Positions 13,311 to 26,333 are shown, numbered from the stretch's first letter. The stretch: 64,000 bases of DNA from Octopus sinensis (GCF_006345805.1 NC_042999.1:113150001-113214000), one strand, 5' to 3'. Numbers and translations are program-made. The notes: a model not told the origin generated them from the sequence alone.

Positions 13311-14198
13311 CAAATTCTTATCAATAAGTATACGGACTGTTGCTATAGAAACGAAGTTAAAGCACCCAGAGTGAAGCCGCTTGGCACAGATTGACCTTGA
13401 AATCTGCTGTGCATGTGCATTAAGTTTTAACGTTCTAGCTTACTTCCGCTGTTTACAATAGTGCTTGGAAGGAAGGCGTGTAGCGTGTGATCATCGCATT
13501 GACCATGACAGAGAAAGTTGTCATGGCGATACCTACTCAGAGGCAAAGTTGCAGAAATTTTATGGAGAGGAGTGTATGAACCGCACACAAGTGTATGAGT
13601 GGTTCAGATGTTTCCAAGATGGCCGAAAAATGTCGACATTGACGAACATTCTGGGAAACTCGCAACCTGCAGAAATGAGAAAAACTTCGCAGATGTGCGT
13701 GCAGCTGTGAGGGGAAATCGTCGAATCACTATCCGTGAGTTATCAGAGGATGTACGGATTAGTTATGGTTCAGTTCAGTCCATTATCATTGACGATTTGG
13801 TTATGAGACGCGTATCTGCCAAGCTTGTGCCAAAACTGCTTTCAGCTGACCAAAATAACATTCGACTTTCAGCTGCACAAGATCTCCTTGATTGTGTCGA
13901 GAACGATGAAATTTTTTTGAAAACTTTGCGTAGGTCTCTGAGCAAGTACTGCCACGCCTTTGGCAAAATTTGATGCATGTTCTCTGCTCAACTTTTTCTG
14001 TCATGGTCACTACGACGATCACACGCTACACACCTTCTTTCCAAGCACTGCTGTAAACAGCAGAAGTAAGCTAGAACGTTAAAACTTAGTGCGCATGCAC
14101 TGCAGAATTGAAAGTCAATCTGTGCCAAGCGGCTTTACTCTGGGTGCTTTAACTTCGTTACGATGGCAACACTCCAGATACTTATTGATCAGAACACG
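13311..14198 (+). mobile_element. Fold-back mariner: 3' half replaced by an inverted copy of the 5' end
   Basis: TA at 13309-10 and 14199-200; about 210-bp inverted arms; N-terminal transposase only (RTQVYEWF, RRITIREL, MRRVSAKLVPKLL); inverted MTEKVEQRTCIKFC start on the minus strand; no DDD domain. Confidence 0.9.
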
Positions 14199-14662
14199 TA
14201 GACATACACTTTAAATGTAAGCATATCAAAACTATTGTGAGCATTAAAGTACATAGTAATAAATTATATAGCACTAGCTACTTACACTCATATACCACTC
14301 TGCATTATACTAACAATCCAAAGAAAATGCGTCCTTGATAACCTGCTAGATATAGCAGTCGAATCTTCTTGAAATCATAGCCTATCATTTTAAAATATGC
14401 AGGATACTTTCCAGATACAGTATATCTGAAAGTGGTTGCGTTAGCTGGAATGTCTTTGATGATAAACCTGTTCAATTAGAAATGATCTCCGAACAAACAT
14501 CTCGATGATCATCATCTTGATTATCAATAATATTTATACGCCAACTTGTTCATTTTGTACGTACGTCCTGGGGTGTGTGTCACGCATACTTCAAAAGAAG
14601 AAGTGAGTGGCAAAGCGAGAGAGAGAGGAATACAGAGAGGAAGTAAGAGAGAAACAGAGAGA

Positions 14663-14706
<44 letters not shown>

Positions 14707-14824
14707 AAGAGGGAAAAAGCGAAAGAGTGAAAGAAATAGTGAATGGTGACGGCGTTCGTTTTGTGTTTTTAAATGTTTTTAAATGTTTCAGAGTTTTGTC
14801 AACTGAGTGGACTGTGGCAAGGTG

Positions 14825-14930
14825 AAGTAGAGTACCTTACTCAAAAACACAGCGAGCCGCAGGGAATCGTACTCATGACTTTACGATCGTGGGCCGAATA
14901 GCTCTGATCTCTGAGCCACGCACCTTCACT
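14825..14930 (-). mobile_element. CORE-type SINE 5' fragment
   Basis: rc GGTGCGTGGCTCAGAG...CACGATCGTAAAGTCATGAG...TGTGTTTTTGAGTAAGG resembles the family B head. Confidence 0.65.
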
Positions 14931-15451
14931 CTCTTAACCGTGGAGAAAAGGAGTGCAGTGATAGTGAAAGAGAAAGGAAAGCCTCAGTCATTTACAATGA
15001 CAATCAGACTGAAAATACTATCAATCTTTTCTAGTTTCTTTACTTTTAACAATGAAAAAGAGAGAAAGACATTTAGTAATGAATAGAGGGAAAGTCTTTC
15101 AGATGTTTACATTTTTATTCTGGGAGTTTTAGAACGATCGACTTTTAGTTCTTTCTTCTTTACCCTATCCCCGCTGCTTATTCGCCTTCTTTCATAGTTC
15201 TTCATGTCTTTTAGTTGGGTGGGGGAGGGGGGAAGACCATATTTTTTTTCAGGCACGTTTAACGTTTTCCCTACAAACTACAAAGGAGCCCCACTCCCTT
15301 CCTTTTTTGTCGTACAAAAACTAATGCAAATTTCGAACGGGATATTCCTGTGAAAAGAGTCCAGAAAATTGGATAATATCCACTACAAAATGGGTGGTGG
15401 AGAAATGTTGCCAAGAGGTGGCTACACGAAATTCAACTCTATACTTTAAAG

Positions 15452-15650
15452 AGTGTCTTCTAATATAGCCACGGGCCGACCAAAGCCTCGTGAGTGAATT
15501 TGGTAGACGGAAACTGAAAGAAGCCCATCACACACACATATTTATGTGTGTGTATTTGCGTATGTGTTTGTCCTCCCCACCATTATTTGATAACCGATGT
15601 TGGTGTGTTTGCGTCCCCGTAACCTAGCTGTTCGGCAGAAGAGACTGGAT
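15452..15650 (+). mobile_element. SINE family D, partial
   Basis: GGCCGACCAAAGCC..GAATTTGGTAGACGGAAACTGAAAGAAGCCC, internal microsatellite and CCCGTAACCTAGC match 39100-39330. Confidence 0.8.
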
Positions 15651-15660
15651 TATATAGTTT

Positions 15661-15892
15661 CGGTTTTACGAATCTAAGTAAAAAAAGTCACAGTAATAAA
15701 GTCACAGGGGTTTTGTTCGGGGGTGGTGTTGCCGGGGGTGGGGATCCCATAAATCAGTTGTGACTTTTTTCCTGTGACTTTATTACCGGCCACCATAACT
15801 TAATTGTGACTTTTTTCTTGTGACTTTTTTCCTAACCAAAATTGACTTTATTACTGTGACTTTTTTTCCCGTGACTTCATTACTGGTCACCG
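15661..15892. mobile_element. Small element with inverted arrays of GTGACTTT motifs (MULE/foldback-like MITE)
   Basis: AAAGTCACAG x2 on the left, about 8 GTGACTTT-like motifs on the right, CGGT...ACCG ends; no clear TSD. Confidence 0.5.
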
Positions 15893-16399
15893 GATTTACA
15901 CTTCTTTCTATATTCTGTAAGTTTCACAATATAGAAACATTTCTGATGGCACCAGTACACGATTTACAGATGCTTACGTGTTTTATGTCTCCCGTTAATT
16001 TTTCACAGGTCCAGCTGGTCATGAGGATAACGATGACGATTGTCTGTAGCAATGATTGTGATACTTCACTCGGGGCGTGAAAATTTGAAGCTTTTAAATT
16101 ATATTCTTGTTGGATTCTCACGTGTATTGTAGTTCTTGAATAAATGCTTAGATAAGCAGTTTACTTTTTAATATGGTTGTGAAACTAGGAGGTTGGATAA
16201 AATATTACTTGAAATTTCAAAATATATTTATAAAAACTAATATAATAAAATGAAATTAAAAGTTACTTTAACTTTAATGAATTTTTTGTTGCTGAGATGG
16301 AGAAGACAGTTGCTTTATGGGAGATATATAACGTATTTTAATGTTCCACACGCAGCACTCTGTAACAATCCATTCGGTTTATTTCGCTCGTTTTTAAAA

Positions 16400-18800
16400 A
16401 AATATTATTTAATGATAAGAACAATAATAGGAAATGGTTAGCTTTTGCAAGATTTTTAAGAACTGTCTGCACTTTCAATTATTATGTTTTCACGATTACT
16501 TCTACAAGCTGACGTATTATAATAAATTTTTACTTCCACTTAGGGCTAGATTGGAAGTGGACTTGCAATATTTCCAGATGTCCTAAGTCCGATCGCACAA
16601 ACTCATCTAAGTTTAGATCCATGAAATTTGCTTAATCAGGATACTTTATAAATTACATTGTTTTTTTCAGAACTGACACGTATAAGAAAACCGCTCAGTC
16701 ACAGTCCTTAGAACTTCAATAAATACTTTTGCATGATTATTAAATGCTTTCTTCAAAAAGTTCGTTATCTCTTGTGAATTACTTGAAGCGTTTCCTTTCT
16801 AAATCATGTTTCAACACTCTTACGAGGGTCAGCTGAAAAGTTCATAGGCTGACTAAGAAGGAGTTATCATACAGTAATTAAACTTGGCATGCATTAAATT
16901 CAACCTTTCCTGATGCTAATTGCATTTTTCTTTCCAGATAAACCCAGATTGAATACAGAATTGAGGACTTGGAAAAGTGGTACTAAAGACATTTCATGAA
17001 AATGGATAAAATTTGACAATATGGTGTTATCAAATATTTGAAAAAAAAAGGGGTTAACCCCCAAGGACATTCATGCTGACATAGTTTCTACATTAGTGGA
17101 TGATGCTCCAGTTTTATAAACAGTGCAAAAGTGGACCTCCGAATTTAAGAGGGGTAGGGAGAGTCTTGAAGATAACTCAAGGTTCGGACGTCCTGCCACA
17201 GCCACCACCCATGAAAACATCGACCGTGTTCACCACATGGTGATAGATGACAGACGTTTAAATGTTGATTAGACGAAAGGGGCCTTACTTCACCAGGACA
17301 ATGCTCCTGCACACAAGTCTGTGGTTGCAATGGTTGCTGTGCATGTCTAGCTTTGAATTGGTTGATCACCCTTCATACTCTCCTGATTTGGCACCATGAA
17401 GAAACACTTGGCTGGGAAGCAATATCAGACCGATGATGAGGTCATATCTGCTGTTGAGGACTTTTTGTGGGGCAGGAGGAGAGCTTCTATACCATGGGAA
17501 TCCAAGGGCTGCAACACCGATGGAAGAAGGGTATGGACCGCAGGGGAGACTATGTCGAAAAATAAAACACATTTGATCGAGTTCGACCACTGCATCGTGA
17601 TCAGCCTATGAACTTTTCAGCCCACCCTCGTACACAGGTCAGATACCACATGAATAGATATAATCGAATCTAGCAGTTTAATATTAGATTAATTCAGACA
17701 TAATAGAAAATCTGTAAAACACGTTAGTTTACTTGACCTAACAAAATAATTTAACTGTAAAACACCATGCTTTATGTTTTACATACCTAAAAACAGTTTA
17801 CTTGGACTCTACTCAACATTCAACAAATCTCTCAAGTACTTGGCCACAGTTCAAATACCGTACATTATTGTAGATTGATAAATCGTTGTTAGCAGATTAA
17901 ACTTCCTTTGAAAGTAAATTAAATTTCCGCTTATGCAAAAATTGTTGCAACTCTCATCACATCATTGAATCTTTAACGCTTGCTTTCCCTAAAACAAGAA
18001 TTCCTTGATATATAGTACAATGGCAAGAAAGAAAACAAGTGCCTACTGCTTCAGTAAATTACTTTGCAAACACCTATCGGTCTACCGTATTAGTGGCATC
18101 AACAGACGTTGCTGAAACTATTAAAAAATATATACGTATATGCCTTTCACGAAATATTGCAACAACAAAGTCATTTGTGTCTTTTCCTGACGCATTTAGA
18201 AGTAGGTTCTCTAACTTAATCAACTCCTTATGAATAAAATTCCCTGAAAAATATCATAGTAATTGAACTGATGGCATAAAATCAATGTTATTTTCAAGAT
18301 AAACAGAAATGTCGCAGTTATTGAAGTGTTTTTGAATTTGACTTTCTGTTACTATTCATTTTGATTGACTTTAAGAGTTTTCTGTTTATTGCTAACTCAT
18401 TCACACGTTTTGCAATAGCGTGCTTATTACGAAAGCCGTCAATCGTGGTCAGCCTATGCACACTTTACGGCAGTTTCTTTAGCAAACTCACCGTTTGCGA
18501 TCAACAATAGAGAACGAAATAATATAAATTAAAGCAGCTAAATGGAAAGATCCCGTCAAAAGTTCTTTGATTGGGAATGATTCCGCTTTGGCTACTTCGT
18601 GGTCATCAAGAGTTTTTTCTTTGATCGATTGGTGCTTGAGTTAAAAATGCCTTTTTAGATTCCAAATTTTCACACAACTAGCTCCTCTCAAAACATACCG
18701 ATAATTTTATTACCTTTACCAACAATGCCCTATTGTTCAGTTCGCCAGTCTTAATAAATTTCATAATTGTAGTTGATATCATTATGATTATATTCAGTAA
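16400..18800 (-). pseudogene. Decayed hAT (Charlie/SPIN, GTF2IRD2-like) transposase split by a mariner
   Basis: Minus-strand pieces WNLKRHF, GEFAKETAVKC, AIAKRVNEL, HCTIYQ, DLSIYNNVRYLNCGQVLERFVEC and, past the mariner, HLEILQVHFQSSPKWK*KFI. Confidence 0.75.
16823..17630 (+). mobile_element. Internally deleted mariner (irritans-like TIRs)
   Basis: 30-bp TIRs CGAGGGTCAGCTGAAAAGTTCATAGGCTGA / TCAGCCTATGAACTTTTCAGCCCACCCTCG, TA TSD; HQDNAPAH, HPSYSPDLAP and GDYVEK motifs. Confidence 0.92.
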
Positions 18801-19890
18801 ATAAGAAAACAACAGTGACAAAGCATGAATTAAGATCATGCGCTTCTAATATCGCGTTAGCATCCGTGTGAGCTATTGATGTATTGCTAATCCAGTAACT
18901 GGGGTTGAATTATAAACAGAAATAACATTAAATATTACTGAAAAATATAATTTTGGGGACTATTACACTTTTAAAATTCTTAAGATTTTTGTAATTAGAT
19001 ATAGCAGAAAGAATTTTTCGAAAGTCCATTGGCTCTCATCCTCAATGAAAATCTGCGTCCTGTTATTACTGACACTCGTGCCAGCGGTCATGTCATCGTT
19101 TGAGTCGGTCCATATAGTTTCACTGGCATCTTTATTACTCTTTATAGACACCCTTGAAAGTTTTTGTTTCAGGGTCTATCCGAGGACGCTATACGAACTT
19201 GTAAGGACTCGATTATGAAAAGGATAGATTATTCATTGAAAGAAGCTACTGTGTTGTCATCAGTTATGAGCAATTTTTCCGTATACAGAGCCTAAAAACA
19301 TTTTGATTCTATGAAATTTCGGGTTGGAGCGGGCAATTAAAGAAAGTAGAAAGGGAACAAAATAGTGGTTAAAACAACAACAACAACTACAACAACTCCA
19401 ACAACTCGAAAGCTGCTCGTAAGATAATTATCGGTTTGTAGTAATGAAACCTTTCTTTGAATATTTAGTTAGTAGAAAGAAGCTTGAAAAAAAAGAAAAG
19501 CATATATAATCACCTGTATTTGTAAAAGGTTAAATGTTTTTCTGACATATAACCTTTACGAAATAATGTTTTCGGCTGGAGAATTCTTTTTATGAATTAG
19601 GTTCATAGAATACATGAATAGTTGGTTACAATTAAACGTTATTGTTTATCATATAAACTACAGCACTTACAATGATTTTAGGTTCTTGTCTTTGGGAAGA
19701 AAATTATGCAAACGGCCGGATAAAGAACAAAGCATAGCTTAGCAAATTTGCCTTATAATTAGAAATATACTGAAATAATTGTAATTGTACTTATTTCTCC
19801 CTAAGAATTTCCATCAAAAGTTCAAGAAAAGCTATCATTTGAAAACGAATAAAAATAAAGACGACATCGGAAATGTCAATTTTATATATA

Positions 19891-19975
<85 letters not shown>

Positions 19976-19977
19976 AA

Positions 19978-20022
<45 letters not shown>

Positions 20023-20075
20023 TATGTACATATATACACACACATATATATATACCTACACATATAGACATGCAT

Positions 20076-20388
20076 GGCGCATGGCTCAGTAGTTAGAGCG
20101 TCGAACTTACGACCGTAAGGTTGGGAGTTCGAATTCCGGACCGGGCTGTGTGTTGTGTTCTTGAGCAAGACACTTTATTTCACGTTGCTCCAGATTACTC
20201 AGCAGTAGAAATGAGTTGCGACGTCACAGGTGCCAAGCTGTATCGGCCTTTTGTCTTTCCTTTGGATTACATTAGTGGCGTGGAGAGGGGACTGCTAGTC
20301 TTCCATAAACAGCCTTGCCCAGACTTGTACCTCGGAGGGTAACTTTCTAGGTGCAATCCCATGGTCATTAGTGACCGAGGGGGATCTC
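20076..20388 (+). mobile_element. CORE-type SINE family B, second copy
   Basis: Colinear with 8292-8627 with an internal deletion of about 20 bp; B box GTTCGAATTCC. Confidence 0.9.
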
Positions 20389-20771
20389 CGACATATGTAC
20401 ATGTTTATATGTATAGACATATATGCATTTATATGTATATGTATATATGTGTATAAGAATATATATTTATATATATATATATATATTTCAACAATTGAGG
20501 GTAAAATTAATTAATCATTAATCAATTTCACCAAGTATTCAGTATGTAAAGGGACCATTTAAGGCGAATTCAAATTATTACATTATATAAAAGGGCTTAG
20601 TAAAATAAATTACTTTGCCACATACTGAACTCATTAGAAATAGTAGCCAAAAAAACTTTTTTAAAACTATTTCTAATACTTAAAGAAAATCTCTCTCATA
20701 TAGTGTTTGCTCAACTCAACTCACGAAAGTATGGGGGAAAAGACATTAAAAAATCAAATGCAAAGGTTATT

Positions 20772-20823
20772 TGAGAACGTACGTTTCAAGATTAGTCAAC
20801 TCGACATTTCTATCATCAGCTCA
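20772..20823 (-). ncRNA. Minimal type I hammerhead motif (tandem copy)
   Basis: rc TGAG-CTGATGA-TAGA..TCTT-GAAA-C GTAC G-TT-CTCA. Confidence 0.7.
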
Positions 20824-21656
20824 GAACTCCTTGGTTTGGATTTGAAAACACTGAAAGTGGGAGCATACCCTTTCGGCTTCTTATCGCTTCTGAAGATCTG
20901 CTCGAAACTAACAGTGCCAGCAAACCCAAAATATGCAAGCGAAGAATTTCTGCTCTCCCCTTTCCACCAGCGTGGGTTAAAATCAGTAAACACTATGCTT
21001 TTTCGGTAAAATCCGAAGCATTAAATAGAGAGAGATGAATTATAATTTCAACAATTGAGGGTAAAATTAATTAATCATTAATCAAATTCACCAAGTATTC
21101 AGTATGTAAAGGGACCATTTAAGGCGAATTCAAATTATTACGTTATATAAAAGGGCTTAGTAAAATAAATTACTTTGCCACATACTGAACTCATTAGAAA
21201 TAGTAGCCAAAAACACTTTTTTAAAACTATTTCTAATACTTAAAGAAAATCTCTCTCATATAGTGTTTGCTCAACTCAACTCACGAAAGTATGGGGGTAA
21301 AGACATTAAAAAATCAAATGCAAAGGTTATTTTATATAATGTAATAATTTGAATTCGCCTTAAATGGTCCCTTTACATACTGAATACTTGGTGAATTTGA
21401 TTAATGATTAATTAATTTTACCCTCAATTGTTGAAATTATAATTCATCTCTCTCTATTTAATGCTTCGGATTTTACCGAAAAAGCATAGTGTTTACTGAT
21501 TTTAACCCACGCTGGTGGAAAGGGGAGAGCAGAAATTCTTCGCTTGCATATTTTGGGTTTGCTGGCACTGTTAGTTTCGAGCAGATCTTCAGAAGCGATA
21601 AGAAGCCGAAAGGGTATGCTCCCACTTTCAGTGTTTTCAAATCCAACCAAGGAGTC

Positions 21657-21708
21657 TGAGCTGATGATAGAAATGTCGAGTTGACTAATCTTGAAACGTA
21701 CGTTCTCA
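21657..21708 (+). ncRNA. Minimal type I hammerhead motif (inverted copy)
   Basis: TGAG-CTGATGA-TAGA..TCTT-GAAA-C GTAC G-TT-CTCA; U-U at the base of stem II, GUU cleavage triplet. Confidence 0.7.
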
Positions 21709-21885
21709 AATAACCTTTGCATTTGATTTTTTAATGTCTTTACCCCCATACTTTCGTGAGTTGAGTTGAGCAAACACTATATGAGAGAGATTTTCTTTAA
21801 GTATTAGAAATAGTTTTAAAAAAGTTTTTTGGCTACTATTTCTAATGAGTTCAGTATGTGGCAAAGTAATTTATTTTACTAAGCC

Positions 21886-21945
<60 letters not shown>

Positions 21946-22013
21946 ATATATTATATATATATATATATATATGCATATATATATCAGTATACATAATATA
22001 TATATATATATGC

Positions 22014-22074
<61 letters not shown>

Positions 22075-23319
22075 ATATATATGGATGCATCATACATATG
22101 TGTGTGTGTGTGTGTGTGAATTGTGATTTCATAGAATCAAAGCTATGCTAATAACAAGTCGTTGGAATTCAGTATCCTTGCGCATTACATCAACGCTTCT
22201 GAACGTATGCGGTATTGCCCCAAGGGAGCACTGGGCATGTTAAGGTGGGTGTTAGGCTTTAGGGGACAGAGAGGGGCGGGGAGGTAACATGATTAACATA
22301 TTAGATTCTATCTATAGTAGTAATTATATTATGCAGCATAAAACTAGTAATGGTCATTAAAATAAAATGAGATCTCAGACACAGGGAAATCATTAACTTC
22401 CGATGTATAAAGTAAATTTACAACTTTTGTCTTTATTAATTTTTCATTATTTCACTGTTAAAAGCTTATACAATCCATACTTAGAGTAAGATTTATTAAT
22501 TATTATCCATTTTAAATTATTAGTTTAGTCGTGATAATTCAATCACCACTTAGGTGGTCGCGAGGCACAACGACTACCTAAAAAGGGGGCTTATTAATTT
22601 GAACATATTTTAAGTTGCCCATAGGAGACTGAAATTTCGCATATTGCATAGTGAGAAATCACATCATCGGTCAACACCTACAGGAACGGTTCAGTAACAA
22701 AGTTGTTAGTCACCTTATAATTGTAATGTCAGGAAGTGACTAATCATTTTATTGTTGACGTATTCTCGCAAGAATCCTAGTGGATAAATAAGTTGCTGGA
22801 TAAAGGAATTGAAAGTAGGTATTGTTATGTTGAGAAGTTGAGCTGACATAAATATAGACATACTGGGTTTCATATTTCCTGATAGTATCACCGGAATGGT
22901 GTTCTAGTTTATATTCTGTTATATTGTGGATCCTTGTCCACTTGTATGTTGTCGTCGACACTGTAATATTCTTGTCGCCACTATTATGTTGTGGCGATAT
23001 TACGTGTCTTATTATCTCTAACTCGTCTATCGCGCTATCGCTGATAGCTCCGCAAGATAACGACTTTGACGGTATATATCATGTAACTGACACTGGCTCC
23101 AACTGAGGACTCGTACAACGACTGATTGTCTGACTTTATAGTGGTCACTTTGTCACGTGGAAAGGAGTATACCATTTTCACTACAACATATTCTGTGAAT
23201 GACTATGGGACACAAATTCTGATCATGAAATCCTTCTTGACTGTGTTTACACAAACCAGCATATTATCTAATGACTAAGAAGTATTTGCCATTCTATTTG
23301 GATGTATTAATCTCACTCG

Positions 23320-23980
23320 GCCAAACTATGTTTTCACAAATATCGCCCAAAATTTGAGTATCCTGGGCCGCATTAACGAGTGATGAGAAGCAGGAGGCTG
23401 AATTAGATGCAAGAATTGTAGGTACTGGCTCGGTAATGTGCCAGCTACGGGATGCGATCCGCAGTAGAGGAGAAGATGGTAAAAGAGCCAAGCTCGCCAT
23501 CTTCAGTTCGCTTTGCGTGATTGTCCTCACCTAAGATCATGATTGTTGAGTAACGACCGAAAGAGTACGATCACAGGTATAAGCAACCGAATGGAGTTCC
23601 TTCGAAATATTACTGGAGTAATGCTACTGGACAGGATGCGTAATTCAGAGACCAGGCAGTCTCTCCAGGTCGAGCCGCTACTTTTTCCCGTTAATAGGTT
23701 ACAGCCCCAGTACTATGGATATATGATTAGAATGTCACTGGAATGAATCGTAATACGAATTCTTCAAGCCGAGCCAACCAGTAGAAGACCTAATGGCAGA
23801 CCAAGAACAAATTGGTTGGATATACATAGTTTCAGTTGGTCGCGCTTGGGAATCCAACAGGAAAGTCTAATGACGGTTGCTTCTGAGGGGACCCTATTGA
23901 TTTGAGTACTCAACTTCCACGAAACCTCCCGGAATAGTGTGCCGAAAAGAAAGTGTGTCATAACCAGTAAAAGATGAAGA
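23320..23980 (+). mobile_element. RTE-clade LINE, 3' fragment
   Basis: Translation TSDEKQEAELDARI...AKLAIFSS...MEFLRNITGVMLLDRMRNSETRQSLQVEPLL...YGYMIRM...RRPNGRPRTNW is a typical RTE C-terminus. Confidence 0.85.
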
Positions 23981-24269
23981 ATGAATAATGATTTCTTCTC
24001 TATCAATAAAACCTCTCAAGAATAATTTATCTCACAATTTTTTTGGTATGAAAAGGAGCTAAGGCTAATTTGACAACATTATGATTTGAACACTTCTCTT
24101 GCACACTACGGATTTCACCAACTAATCTGTCTTAAAGAATCCCTACATAGTACTGGCCAATATAAATGTTGGTTGGTTGATTTCTCCCGTCGTACCTTAC
24201 ATTGTATAGAGAGAGGGGAAGAAAGTCAAAGAGAGATACCGAGAGAATTAACATTAATCAATAGATTTA

Positions 24270-24478
24270 CAGAGATATACTTGCATAGCAAGTGACCTGA
24301 TCTGAGATCAGGTACTGAAACAAAAACAAATGCAGCACGGAATTTTGTCAGTGAACAGGTCGCGGTTTCAAAGCGACGAAAATATTTTTACAAATTAAAT
24401 TTAAATGTTGAAGGGAATCTAACGGTTTTTGTGTTTCTTAAATGGCTTATAAACACCTTCCACGCTGCAATTGTTTAA
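24270..24478. mobile_element. Short fold-back element containing a variant HHR
   Basis: AAACAAATGCAGCACGGAA (24324-24342) is inverted relative to TTCCACGCTGCAATTGTTT (24458-24476). Confidence 0.6.
24343..24394 (+). ncRNA. Type I hammerhead motif with G3:C8-swapped core
   Basis: TTTGTCA-GTGAACA-G-GTCGC..GCGAC-GAAA-ATAT-TT-TTACAAA; perfect 5-bp stem II, palindromic stem III, one stem I mismatch. Confidence 0.6.
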
Positions 24479-24528
24479 GTCAATAGAGAAACACTGAAAA
24501 TGACAAGTAGGGGATGGTAAAGAAATAT

Positions 24529-25240
24529 AACGAAAAACTTCAGTATACACATAAATAATCCAACCACCCCAAATGTATTAACAAAAACCTAGCAGAAAAT
24601 ATATCTCTCAGATTGTTCTCTTTATCCTCAAAGGCAAAAGTTCTAAACGATATAGCGCCTCCATATAACGAAGCCCTAAAGAATAGCAGTTATAAAGAAA
24701 AAGTGCAATATATAAACAGAAATCCTCCCACAAGAAATAAAATACGTAAGAATAGAAAAAGGAAAATTATTTGATATAACCCACCCCTTCAACATACAAG
24801 TATCTACACTTATAGCTAAATTATTTTTCAAAATACTGCAGAAATACGTCCACCACAAACACAAGTATTACAAATTAATAAACATGCAAAACGTAAAATT
24901 GTTATACTCAAATACCAACATCTCTAAAAAAAACTGTAGCCAACTACAACCACCAAAAACTGTCTAAAACTGAAAACTTAAAAACCACGTATACAATAAC
25001 AATTGTAGTTGTGGAACACGTTCATCCTGCCCTCTAGAAGGAAATTGTCTCTCAAGAAATATCGTATATAGCGTAACAGTAACTACGAGCATGACACCAG
25101 TTACTATATCTACATACATAGGATCTACGGCAAACTGTTCAAACCACAATACAACGAACACACGTACACTTTTTGCAACCTAAAGAGAAAAAAATGATAC
25201 GTTACTATTCAAACATATTTGACAATTTAAGTTTAAAAAC
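24529..25240 (+). pseudogene. Penelope-like element (Neptune-type) RT thumb, Cys linker and GIY-YIG fragment
   Basis: QYTHK*SNHPKC...PYNEALKNSSY...RKRKII*YNPPFN...NCSCGTRSSCPLEGNCLSRNIVY...TYIGSTA. Confidence 0.88.
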
Positions 25241-25242
25241 CG

Positions 25243-25483
25243 TAAGTTATGTTTCCAATTTAGTGGGATTGGAAGAATGTCTTTTCCGAGCTTCTTTCTA
25301 CGGACAGAACCATCAATACAGAAGCGTACTGTGGCCAGCTAGATAAATTAAATGCAGTAATCCACCAGAAGTGTCCAGTATTTGCCAACTGCAAGGGCAT
25401 TGTTTTTCATCATGACAATGCCAGACCACACACTTCTTTGTAGATACGGCAGAAGTTACTGCGGCTTGGCGGGAAAGTTTTGC
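25243..25483 (+). pseudogene. Mariner transposase catalytic fragment
   Basis: KVMFPI*WDWK...TINTEAYCGQLDKL...GIVFHHDNARPHTS...QKLLRLG. Confidence 0.85.
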
Positions 25484-26332
25484 ATAGATATGCACATATT
25501 AAACATATGTATGTATGTATGCATGTATGTATGTATGTATGTATGTATGTATGTATGTATGTATGTATGTATGTATGTATGCATGCATGCATGTATGTAT
25601 GTATGTATATATATATATATACGTACATACATACATACTCATATATATATGTGTGTGTGCGTATGTGTGTTTGTATACATACAGAAAGAAAGAGGGAGAG
25701 AGAGATAGAATGGAGGAGGAAAGAGGAGAGGAGCGAATATAGGAGAGAGATAGGGAGAAAATGCAAGATAGATAAATAAATAAAGAGATAGAGAGAGGGA
25801 GGGGAGAGAGGGAGAGAAAGAGGAGTCAGTGAGTGAAAATATGATGAAGTTAGCCTTTTGACTTCAAAACCAATTGATAAACTCTTGCTACATTTTCAGT
25901 GTTATGATTTGCGAGATAATATAAATTGTTTACGTGGTAGCTATAGATATTTGCTACATCAAGTATATCTCGTGGGTATGGATACAAATATATACTGAAG
26001 ATCTGCTGATTAATTTTTAATATGATGTAGTATAATGAAATATATATACGCAGATGAACACATACGCATATATAGTTACATACGTATTTATGGTTTAGGT
26101 TTCAAACTTTCTTGTAAATCTAAAACTGAATTTTGTCGAATAAGATTGTTTTTGTCTGGTATCATTTAGACAACAATAAAAAAAATGCAATAGAAAAATC
26201 GGCGTCAGCAATAGCATTAACGAAGAAAGAAATAAAGGTATTAATAACTTCGCCATGTTAATTATAACAAGAGCAACAAAAACAACAAAATGAATAAGTA
26301 AAAAAGAAAACAAAAACTAGTGCTGGAAGACT

Positions 26333-26333
<1 letters not shown>

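Larger units (their letters stand above)
20485..21890. mobile_element. 560-bp HHR-containing unit: 1.5 tandem copies plus one inverted, circularly permuted monomer, in (TA)n
   Basis: ATTTCAACAATTGAGG at 20485 and 21045 (period 560); inversion junction near 21331; near-identical copies; (TA)n on both flanks. Confidence 0.9.

Noticed and set aside
20888-20920. Second HHR-like string CTGAAGATCTGCTCGAAAC
   Set aside because: Stems II and III cannot form.
20707-21009. 100-aa ORF in the 560-bp unit
   Set aside because: TTG start, frameshifted in the inverted copy, no recognisable motif.
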